DNA of 64,000 bases, taken from the human T2T-CHM13v2.0 reference genome, Homo sapiens. The position numbers and the translations under genes were made by a program. Positions within the stretch are counted from its first letter, which is position 1; the number at the start of each line of letters is the position of its first letter. Positions 30,197-41,525 of the stretch are shown in pieces. The stretch lies in assembly GCF_009914755.1 (NCBI RefSeq), contig NC_060926.1. One strand, given 5' to 3'. The notes below the pieces were generated by a model. It made no database searches and was not told where the DNA came from. It worked only from the letters and a program-made list of their open reading frames with translations.

Positions 30197-31950
30197 AGCC
30201 TAAAACTAAATCAAGTGTTGACTATATAGTTCTGCCTCTCCAAACAAGACAGTGATGTTCCTGAAAAAAATCTGTAGTTTTCAGAGTTGAGAAATACACC
30301 TTGAACGGAAAAAAACAGAGGACCAAGTTATCATTGTGGCCAAGGCCATGGGGAATAGTACACAAAATAAAGGATATATAAATGACATTTCCACATGTTC
30401 AACTAGTAATACTTCATAATTTCCATACAATTAAGTTTCATAACCATTCCTTGCTAACTAGATAACTATTCAGGATTTCCCCCAAAGAATTTGGACATAC
30501 ATTTTGTGGCAGATAATATGCATGTTACAGGTATTTTGTTGAGTCTGATCCTTATCCAAATGTTCAGGACTTTTCTGATTTTCTGGCTTGGTATTACTTG
30601 ACTCTCATTCTTGTCAGTTCCCTCTTTTTCCAACATCTACCCCTGTTCTCAACCATGTTTACAAGCAGGAATACAGTTTTAAGACAAAATTACTTTCTCT
30701 CTGACAAAGTTTCTCCTGTTTACGGAGAAATTTTAAAAGTATAGGAAAGGAAATCCACATATACCACAATAATTGTCTGTAAAATTCAAGTTAAAATTAA
30801 GGAAGGATAATTGCAACTGGTTAAATAAAAAGAACCCAAACATGTAAAATTCACATGTAATAGTTTCCCAGGCAATTTCCCTAAACCCACCAGGAAAATG
30901 CTGAGCTTAATAATTGCCATCGGATTGCTCAGCAAAGGTGGCAGCGTCCCAAAAACCACTTCCCAATTCACAGGCAAGGAGTGCCCAGATTCTCAGAGAA
31001 TAGGCATTCAGCTGTCAACATTCACTTCAAAAAAGGAAGAGGAAAAAAAAATTGCTTGGAATTAAAAGGAAAATCTAGCATGCCTATAATTTTCAAAATA
31101 TTTTCTAAGAGGGCAAAAGGCCATAAAATAGTTCTTGTGCCTTTAAATGAGACAACTTGCTTCCAAGTCACTATTCCCACAACACAACAAAGGACATTAC
31201 TGCTACTAGCTTACAAATAAAACTTTTCTTTCTTTACTTTTCCTTTGTCACTCACCTTCTGGCAGCTGGGCACCTATCGCTCATCATACACTTGTCCCTC
31301 CTCATTCTATTCAGCAAGTAATCTTGCCTTTCTCTTGGAATGTATTTTCCAAAAGGCTTTGTTTAGCTGCTATTTTAGTGACATTACAGAACGCATTAGT
31401 GAACCCAGATATTCATTCCTAACCAAACATTAAAAGTCTAGGTTAACGGATTGCAGAACAAATTTTCTTCTCTCAAAGCTCTGAAATCACCTTCAGTTAT
31501 ACCTATTAGAGAAATGATGCAAACTAGAAACTAAATTCTACAAATACTTTGAGTCAATTCTCAGTAATTTCTCAGTAAGTTTTAACTTTAAGATGGTTTT
31601 TCTGAACAAACAAAACTGTTTTCTGTCTATTTTACTCCTATCCATAAAGGATTTTTTGATGGTTAACCCATTGCATCTACTAATCCATCATGATAATGTA
31701 GTAAACAAATCTAAAGTGCCTAGTACAGAGCCGAGCTCATAACAAGTCATCTATAAATAAATGGTAAGTATTATGATCCCTTGTCAATTAAAGATCTGTA
31801 AACCAACACCTTAAGGTATTATGGTAAAAGAAACCTAAGTATTTGTCAACAGTGGCTAATCATCACCTAGATTTATAAATTTACATTCTAAAGCTGAACC
31901 CTGAAGTAGACATCTTCTGGCCCAGAAATGCCCTCCTTTTCTCAGAGAAC

Positions 31951-32029
31951 ACCCCCCCACAACCCTAACACACACACACACACACACACACACACCCACA
32001 ACCCTAACACACACACCCACACCCACAAC

Positions 32030-32061
<32 letters not shown>
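31951..32061. repeat. Compound (CA)n microsatellite with three CACAACCCT(A/C) interruptions
   Basis: Directly visible. Confidence 0.95.
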
Positions 32062-32063
<2 letters not shown>

Positions 32064-32182
32064 CCCTGGCAGCCATATTTCTAAAATACAGTGAGGCCTC
32101 AGCACCCCAGGCACTGGACCAGAGATGGATACCTGACCCAAATTCAGCCAATCAGACTTTCTTCTTAAAATTTGGAACTGGA

Positions 32183-32480
32183 GGCTGAGTGCGGTGGCTT
32201 ACACCTGTAATCCCTGCACTTTGGGAGAAAGAGGTGGGCGGATCACCAGGTCAGAAGACGGAGACCATTCTGGCTAACATGGTGAAACCGTGTCTCTACT
32301 AAAAATACAAAAAATTAGCCAGGCGTGGTGGCACATGCCTGTGGTTCCAGCTACTCAGGAGGCTGAGGCAGGAGAATCGCTTGAACCTGGGAGGCAGAGG
32401 TTGCAGTGAGCCAAGATCGCGCCACTGTACTTCAGCCTGGGCGACAGAGTGAGACTCTGTCTCACAAAAAAAAAAAAAAA
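32183..32480 (+). mobile_element. Alu (AluSc-like)
   Basis: Full dimer; TSD AAAAT(T/G)TGGAACTG. Confidence 0.93.
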
Positions 32481-33376
32481 TGTGGAACTGCAATACAGAA
32501 GCAACTGGTTAGTCTACGTAACTAATAAAACTAATGGCAAATAAACTAGGGAGCTGTCATTTTCTATCCTCTGTAAAGAAGCAAGAAAATCTTATCTGCT
32601 GAGAAAATAATAACTCAAACAGAGAAGCAGCAGAAATTGGTGATTATAAGACACCAGATAGAGAGAAAACTAACAGCACCTTCTCTGAGTCCTCACAGTT
32701 TCCAATTTCTGGTTCAAGTCCTTTGGGAGACTTGACCACATTCTGTCCCTTTTGTTCTTTGAAAGGTCCCTATGTCCTTGGTGAAAAACTCTTTTCTACT
32801 TAAGCTCATTATAAAGAGCTTATATACTTGTAACCTAGAGACAAAAGGTTAAGGCAGGGCCATTTTCTACATCTCTTTCCCTGTAACAGAGGGTGGGAAG
32901 CAGAGTCATAGAATAAGTAGCTCTTTACTACGAATAACTTATTACCAAGTCTCAAAGACCAGAGACTTCACAGTCTAAAACTTCTTAACTTCCTCCTGCA
33001 CACTGCCAACTACCAGAGGTGGATCTATGTCAACAATGGAAATAACCTTAAAAAGCGTTAGAAAAGGAAAAGAGAAGGGAAGTGGTACATGTCCACCTGC
33101 CTCTGTAGGCCTGGTCTGGAACCAAGAACTTTAAGAAAGGCTTCAGGGTGAATCTGATGCAGGTAGTCCATGGACCACACTTTAAAACACTGCCTTCTAG
33201 GTATAAATGAACAAAGAAAAAGAAGGCATAGAAAGGAGCCTAATTATACTCTGTTTTTCCAAGATACCTTGGACTATTCATTCAGGAACAAGGTAAGAGG
33301 AAAAGCTGTAAAGCAACATTCTATTCCTTAGTGCACCACAGAGAAGAAAAATCATGATTAAAAATTACCAGTGACA

Positions 33377-33663
33377 GGCCAGGCGTGGTGGCTCATGCCT
33401 GTAATCCCAGCACTTTGGGAGGCCGAGGCGGGCAGATCACGAGGCAGGCAGATCGAGACCATCCTGGCTAACATGGTGAAACCCTGTCTCTACTAAAAAT
33501 ACGAAAAATTAGCCGGGCGTGGTGGCAGGTGCCTGTAGTCCCAGCTACTCGGGAGGCTGAGGCAGGAGAATGGCATGAACCCGGGAGGTGGAGCTGACAG
33601 TGAGCACCACTGCATTCTAGCCTGGGCGACAGAGCAAGACACCGTCTCAAAAAAAAAAAAAAA
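33377..33663 (+). mobile_element. Alu (AluY/Sc-like) with a small right-arm deletion
   Basis: GATCGAGACCATCCTGGCTAAC and AGAATGGCATGAACCCGGG. Confidence 0.92.
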
Positions 33664-34491
33664 TTACGTTTTACTAAGAGGTAATAGAAAAGGCAGCATG
33701 GGTACAAAGACATTTGTGACACACAGGCAGTCCCAGATTGAGAAGTGGAATCAGGATCCAGCAGAGGCCCTCAGCTCTACAGCCACAATCATAGCAAGGG
33801 AAAGAGTACACAATAGAATCACATGGGACAGATAACAGGGAGGGAAGTCACCCCCACCTACCCTGAGAGGCACTACCATAATTAAGTCTAAAATGGTCCC
33901 AGAATGTGCTGGGACAGACAAAAGCTCACTAGCTACTCTTCGGGTCTCCAATACTGTCCCCAAAGCCAGCCAAAAAAACTGGGAGAAATCTGATTTCCCC
34001 GGTAGTAAGACATATAATTCTGGCATCTCAAGTTGGAATTCTTACAGAATTTCCTTTCAAAAATCGCTAGGCCTTGTTGTAGTACATTACAACATTATAC
34101 TAAGGGTTAAATAGATGTATGAACAGCCAGTGACCTAATCACCTACACTGCTTTTATAGGAAAATACAGTCCAAGTTCAAAGCAAAAACTTAACAATGAA
34201 CCTGTGGGGGCCCAACCAGTTGGTACAATCTGTCTATATAGTTTATGTTCACTAAAACACCATAGCAAAGGCCAAGAGAGGCCACACATCTTAGCTGAAG
34301 AACTGATGATTAGCTACAACACAAAACAGTGTACCCAAGAAAGTTACAAGTAGGAAAGCCTCCAGAAATCACTGGCAAAACTGAAGAGAGAATTGAAAAC
34401 CCCCAGCCCTTCCCTTAGACAGTACAACCCCATGCTAGTCAAAAAGAAAGCACTCAAAACAACTAAAGTGACAGAAAAAGGCTGCACATAC

Positions 34492-34878
34492 CTGTACCAT
34501 GTCCCAATTCATTTCCACCTCCTCTTTAGTACTATTGGCATTTGCTGGAAACTTGACAGGCTGCCCCTGAGGATATGTCTCAGTCTTGATTTTCTTTAAA
34601 GCGGACTGACCAAATGTAAAGTCATCGTCATTCTCTTCCTTCTTGCATGTACCTCCCCACACAGTGCTTGTGGATGGTGTCTCTGAACTATTACTCTCAC
34701 CCTCTAAGTTGCTGGCTTTGCTGGTTTCTTCTTCAACTTTCAGCTTTTTAGTCCTTCGAACTGTATGTGGCTGCGCTGCACATTTCTGTTTTGTCTTGGC
34801 TGTTTTCAGAGTCTGTACAGTATCCAATTTATTTTTTCTGTCTTCTAAAGCAGTATCAGCAATAGCCACAGAGCTATT
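34492..34878 (-). CDS. SRBD1: SRBD1 exon 4 (NSSVAIADTALEDRK...EMNWDMVQ), 387 nt
   Basis: Acceptor tttgatag|AAT and donor CAG|gtatgt; overlaps ORF 34435..34869; phase 0-0. Confidence 0.96.
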
Positions 34879-34944
34879 CTATCAAACCACAAAGAGAACA
34901 TATGAGAATTAGAAGATAAAAAGCAATTTCCTGGGACTATTACT

Positions 34945-35450
34945 CACAAATAAAAGTGAACAAATTATTGATACACACAATAACTTGGAAGAATCTCAAG
35001 TAAATTATGTTGAGTGGGAAAAAAAGCCAATCTCAAAGTTACATACTATATGAATACATTTATATAACATTCCTGAACAGATTAGAGGTTGGCAAGGGTC
35101 AGAGATGATGGGGGGAGGTGGGTGTGGCTATAAAAGGGCAACACTAGGCATCTTTGTGGTGATGGAACTTTTCTGTCATGGTAGATACACAAACCTACAT
35201 GTGCGATAAAATTGCACAGAACCAAGTACATACATATACATACACATGAATGAATACAAGCAAAACTGGAGAAATCTAAATAAGATCAGTGGATTTTATC
35301 AATGTATCTCGGTTGTGACATCTTACTATAGATTTGCAAGATGCTACCATTCGGGAAAAAAATGGATAAAGAGTACATGGAATTCTTCTATTATTTCTTC
35401 CCATTGCATGTCAACTATTTAGAAATAAGCAGTTTAATTTTTAAAAATGA
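34945..35450 (+). mobile_element. Old L1 3' end fragment
   Basis: ATTGATACAC..AAAAGCCAATCTCAAA..GCAAGATGCTACCATT. Confidence 0.7.
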
Positions 35451-36524
35451 GTAAAGGATAGGTCTACACATGCCAGAAAACCAAGATTAAAACTTGCTAT
35501 CAAAGTCAACCACTTAGCAGACAGAAAAGTAACACTCATTCACTCATACAACTCAACAGGCTACACATGCCACCAATTTCTGCTGAAGAGTAGAGGATAG
35601 AACACAGAATGATAGCAGGCTAATGTCAGGCATTTTTCTTTAACAAGAGTCCGCACAGCAGCCCACACAGGTGTCTAGGGACTACACTCTGCACTGCCAC
35701 TGCCCCCCAATCCAAGTGACAGCTCAAGTGTGAAGAAATGAGACTTGGCACCCATCTCGGCACTGGGTATAGTGTAAATAAGATAAAGACCCTACCCCTA
35801 AGCTGGTCTGTTCTCCGTTACCTAAATGATGCAGATGGCACAAACATGAACAATTCCCAAACTAAATTTTAGTCAAAATTCTATCTTCTCTTTTATCAAG
35901 TATTTTTTCCAGAATCACTATTAAAAATATTAAGAACTACAATAAAGAGCACCTCCACCTGAATGCCAACCTGCCACCACCACCATCTGAACTTGAAAAT
36001 AATGAACATTAGAGAGCCCTCTGAGTATTAAATTTTTTGCCCAAAATAGAATGGATCAGAGCAGAGACATAAAGATAAAATAACTCCCAGGCCTAAAAGA
36101 GTTGATAACCTAATCAAATGAATTGACATATCTAAAGAAAGTGTCAATCATAAAGGGTGTTGTCAGCCACTGTCTTAGCTTCAAGCTATTAAAACATTCA
36201 ATTGTGATTGTGACAAGCATAATGCCTAGACCACAGTGGACATTCAATAAACTCAAACGAATGGATTTATCTCATCATCCTATTCTGAGTCCATGCTCAT
36301 CAAGTAAATTTCTGATTACTACTTAATTCCCTATTCAGATTAGGCTCCAAGGAGAACGAAATGCTGGCCATAAGAATTTCAAGTCCTTAAGATTATTATT
36401 TTAAACTATTAAATATTAAACCAGCACTCTGGTTGTATTTATCTCTCTTGTGAACACAACTGATGTAAAAACACCCAAGAGAGATATATCTGTTCCCAAA
36501 ATGTTGACAAAATCATGTTCCTAA

Positions 36525-36730
36525 CTTAGAAACCCAGTTCCATCACTTACTATCTGTACACCGTGAGCAAGTCACTTAACATCTTTCTTCAGCTTTCTCA
36601 TCTATAAAATCAGCATAAAAGCACTTGCCTCAATGGTTGTTATAAAGATTAAGATCATTTAAATGAAATGTTGAGCACATTGCCTGGCTAATGGTAAGCA
36701 CTCAACTATTTGCTAATGCCACCATCATTA
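36525..36730 (+). mobile_element. MIR
   Basis: GAGCAAGTCACTTAAC..TCTCATCTATAAAAT..TAAGCACTCAA. Confidence 0.75.
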
Positions 36731-36946
36731 CCAGCACTACCACACCCAGACCAACTCCTAGGAGAGGGAAAAGGGAATAGACAAAGAAACACAGTACAGA
36801 CCCAAAAATTAAGACCCAGGGTAGGGGATGCCATTGCTGGCAGTTTTTGTCATTTACATGCCTTGTCCTACTCTGTAGAATAAGAAAATAACATCACCAA
36901 TCAGGAAGACACTACAGAGTTCCCTCTATCCAGCTGTAGCACCTAC

Positions 36947-37127
36947 CAGCTCCTCCTTAACAACAACGACTTCTGAGCCATCACTGATCTGTGGGGCATT
37001 CTTCTTCACCCGAGGCATCCTCTTTGGTTTGGATTCCTTGGGAGGGGGCTGTTTACGGCTTCTGGGAACTTTCTTTTGGGGCTCCCAGGCACTATCTTCC
37101 TTGTCATCTTCTTCAGAGGCAGATGAT
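36947..37127 (-). CDS. SRBD1: SRBD1 exon 3 ([19 protein letters not shown]...EVVVVKEEL), 181 nt
   Basis: Acceptor ttacttctag|A and donor CTG|gtaggt; phase 2 to 0, frame continuous with exon 2. Confidence 0.95.
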
Positions 37128-38329
37128 CTAGAAGTAAATCAACAGAATAATCTCCAGGAAAAATAAAAGCAAATGTCAAAGGTAAAAAAGAGATGCAAGA
37201 TTCTTGAAAAAATGATAAAGTAGGAGGTGTTTAATATAAAATGGAGTGATTGAGTACAGGCTGTGAACAGTTATTGCTAAGAATTGAACCAACAGAGTTG
37301 ATGACGGACCAGTATAAAAATACCGCAGTATGCTGTAAATCACAGCTCTGTCTCTCCATTCTCTTCTCACCTAACTGACAAACACATACACACATTCATT
37401 CAAGACATAGAAAATCATTTATTACCTTAAGTAATTTACTGGGTCATGTCAAACTATAGTCAATGTGAGCTTTTCAATTTTAACAGTGAAAAGCACTTAA
37501 ATAAGTTCCCAACTACTAATCAAATTCATTTAAATTGTATTAAGTTATTCAAATCAATGAAAGGATTGAGAAATGGCTCTAGGAAACACACTAAATTACA
37601 TTAAAAGCCAGCACCAAGACCCTTCCAACTGCTTTAATTAACCCTTTTTTCCTTTCACAGAATGGATTTCTTTCCTGATTAGATTGGATCAGGTGCGACT
37701 ATAGTACTTTTCTAACAACGAAGAATCAAACTCACAGCAAGAGCAGAGAAAAAGCAGCCATGGGAACTCTTTTAAAGGACCATCATGCTCCTGCCAACCC
37801 AGTTAATTCCATTTCTACTCTAATGTAAAAGGTCAATATTAGTGAGACTTCCTTTACTGAGATGAGTGAATAGGGAAGTCTGGGTTTTTTAATGTTAAGT
37901 TCTTGCTGGGGGCAAAAACCTGACTGGATGACTTCTTAGCTAAATTATGCTCTAGAAGAGAATAATTATGATAGGTCAAACTACTGGTGTTCTCTTCAGA
38001 GGTACCACTAAGCCTGGTAAGGAAAAACAAACAATCAAACAAAAAACAGGAATAATCAGAATAACATAACAGCAGTGGAACTGAAAGAAACTATAATTAG
38101 AAAACCAATGAAATAGAAAACTAGGGTTCCACTCCTCATACTATCATCAAACTGAGCAGGATGACTTCTTCCCTCCTTAGTCTCATCACCTATCAACCAG
38201 GATTACTGACTAACCCTATTTCACAAAGGAATATCACCAAGATTAAAGGCCCTTTAGTTATTATGAACAAAACACAAGCACAGATACCGTTGTGTTATAC
38301 ATGATATAGTTCTAAGGCAGCTAGTCAAC

Positions 38330-39900
38330 TCTCCTTCCCAATCACTTGAGCTCTCAGGAGCATCTGGCACTCACCCCTTAGAGCATATCCCTTACATACA
38401 GGAACCCCAGCCCTTGGTTTTCATACTACTTCCTGGCAGCTTCTCTTTAGCCCCTTTGACTCCTCTTCTCCCTAACCTCTAAATGCTGGAATCCCTCGAG
38501 GCTTAGTCCTCAGCCCTCTATGCTCTCTTGCCAGGTAATCTTGTATTTTCTCGATACAGGAATCTATATTTTATTTTTATTTATTTATTTAGAGACAGAG
38601 TCTCCCTCTGTCACACAGGCTGGAGTGCAGTGACGTGATCTCGGTTCACTGCAACCTCCACCTCCTGGGTTCAAGTGATTCTCACGTCTCAGTCCCCCAG
38701 GTAGCTGGGATTATAGGCACGTGCCACCATGCCTGGCTAATTTTTGTATTTTTAGTAGAGCCGGGTTTCACTATGATGGCCAGGCTAGACTCCGGACTCC
38801 TGGCCTCAAGTGATCAGCCCGACGTGGCCTCCCAAAGCACTGGGATTACAGGTGTGAGCCACCACACCCAGCTGGGAATCTCAATTTTATATAGTATCTC
38901 CAACTCGACCTTCCCCGCTTGAGCTCAAGACTTGTATATCCACTTTCACCTGAATGTCCAGCAATCACATCAAACTTACCAAGTCCAAAACTGAATTCCC
39001 GATTCCACCACTCTCACACCTGTTCCTCTTCCAGTCTTTCCAAAATGTCTGTCATTCTTTCATACCCCAAATCCAATCCACCACCATGTCCTGTCCACTC
39101 TACCTTCAAAATATATCCCAAATTAGACCATTTCTCATCACTTTCACATCTAGAATCCTATGCTTCTACAATAATCTCCTTAACTCATTTCCCCTACTTC
39201 CAGTTTTGCCCGCTATAGTCTATTCTCCACCAAGAAACCAGAATATTTTACAAATATAAACCCAGGTCATGTAACATCCCAACCCAAAACCTTCCAGTGG
39301 CCTCCCAACCCACTTCAAATAAAATTCTAATACCAGGGAAGATCAAGTTGGAGATACTGTATAAAATTGAGATTTTTATATTGAGCCATAAGACAAGATC
39401 AGCTACTAACAGGGAGGGGAGAGGGGAAGGGGGGTGGGGGAAGGGGAGGGCTTAGAATTAAGCCTTGAGGGATTCCAACATTTAGAGGGTGGTGAGAAGA
39501 GAAGTTAAAGGGACTAAGGAGAAGGATCTAAGCCTATTAGATCCAGATCCTACTCATTACAATCTCATTTCTTACTACTCTCTGCCTCATGTCTCTAGAC
39601 TGGCCACACTGGTCTTCTTGCTGTTCCCTGAACACACCAAACTTATTCCTGCCTCAGGGTCTTTGCACTTGCTGCTTTCTCTATTTGGAACACCCATCCC
39701 CAAGATCTTTGCAAGCTGCACCCCCAAATCTCATCTAGATCTCTTGCCACATCTTCCGCAATAACTTTCTGACTACTCTATCCAAAATGCCCCCCGACTG
39801 CAACCACTCACTATGCTCTCTATCCCCTGCCCTGTTTTATTTTTCTTTATAGTACTTATTACTATAAATATTACCAGTCATTTACTTAACAAATATCTTC
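38330..39900 (-). mobile_element. L2 remnant containing an Alu and an inverted self-copy
   Basis: CT-rich L2 body (AAACCTTCCAGTGGCCTCCC, CCTCAGGGTCTTTGCACTTGCTG). Confidence 0.7.
38575..38873 (-). mobile_element. Alu
   Basis: Full dimer; TSD GGAATCT(AT/CA)ATTTTAT at 38559-38574 and 38875-38890. Confidence 0.92.
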
Positions 39901-39924
39901 AGAGCACCTAATATGACTCTAAAG

Positions 39925-40118
39925 CAGAGATTCTCAACTGGGGATATCTAGCAATGTCTAGAGACATTTTTAATTGTTATAACTTAGCAGGAAGCTATTG
40001 GCATCCAGTGGGTAGAGGCCAAGGATGCTGCTAAAAATCCTACAAGAAAAAAGATAGCCCCCACAACAAAGAATTGTCTTGCACACAATGTCAGTAGTGC
40101 AGAGGTTGAAAAATCCTG
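39925..40118 (+). mobile_element. MER20 hAT-Charlie DNA transposon
   Basis: GGGTAGAGGCCAAGGATGCTGCTAAA; perfect 8-bp TSD CTCTAAAG at 39917-39924 and 40119-40126. Confidence 0.9.
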
Positions 40119-40405
40119 CTCTAAAGCAATATATAAAACTCTATGCTCTCATGGAGCTTATATTCTAGTGTAAGTATTATGTTACATATTTAGTTGGTTA
40201 CTTTCTCTCTCCTTTCGATACTTTATTAGCAACACTAGACAGAACCTGGAACACAGCATGAGTTCAACAAATACTTGTTGCATGAATGAATAAAAAAAGT
40301 TTTTTCTACCCACATCACTTAAGGAGTTAGAAAGTGACAGAATGCATTACTCCTTATTAAAATATTCATCATTCCCCTACCCACATATTAAACCAGTATG
40401 CTTAC

Positions 40406-40485
40406 AACTCAGAGAATGAAGAAAATTCATCTTTCAGTACCACATCCTGGACCTGTACTTTCGCTCTTCTTGGCAATGATGACAT
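40406..40485 (-). CDS. SRBD1: SRBD1 exon 2, first coding exon (MSSLPRRAKVQVQDVVLKDEFSSFSE-L), 80 nt
   Basis: Acceptor ttctgtttcttctag|ATG and donor TT|gtaagc; matches the recalled SRBD1 N-terminus. Confidence 0.95.
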
Positions 40486-40607
40486 CTAGAAGAAACAGAA
40501 AATAAAATCAGCAACACTTGAATATTCTTATCACTTTATTTGGCTACAAGTAATGGGTCATTCAAAACTAACATTTCATAGGAAAAAAACAAAAACAATG
40601 ATGTTTA

Positions 40608-40979
<372 letters not shown>

Positions 40980-41164
40980 CTAACAGCCTTCCAATGGTTT
41001 AAAACTCTTAAGAGTATGGGCCATCTTTTAAAAAATATAAACTCCTACAGGGTGACACCTGTAGGAAAATTGTGTGCTTCATTTTTTAAGAATTGTGTGC
41101 TTAAGTATTCTGTGTTATTTTATGGTAATAATATCAGGCAGCCCCTTACAAAGTCCTTTATTAA

Positions 41165-41525
<361 letters not shown>

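Noticed and set aside
31958-32035. AACCCTAAC as interstitial telomeric repeat
   Set aside because: Only two isolated CCCTAA units, duplicated as part of the CA microsatellite.
34435-34912. ORFs 34435..34869 (-) and 34643..34912 (+) as standalone genes
   Set aside because: The first is SRBD1 exon 4 read through its donor; the second is its antisense shadow.
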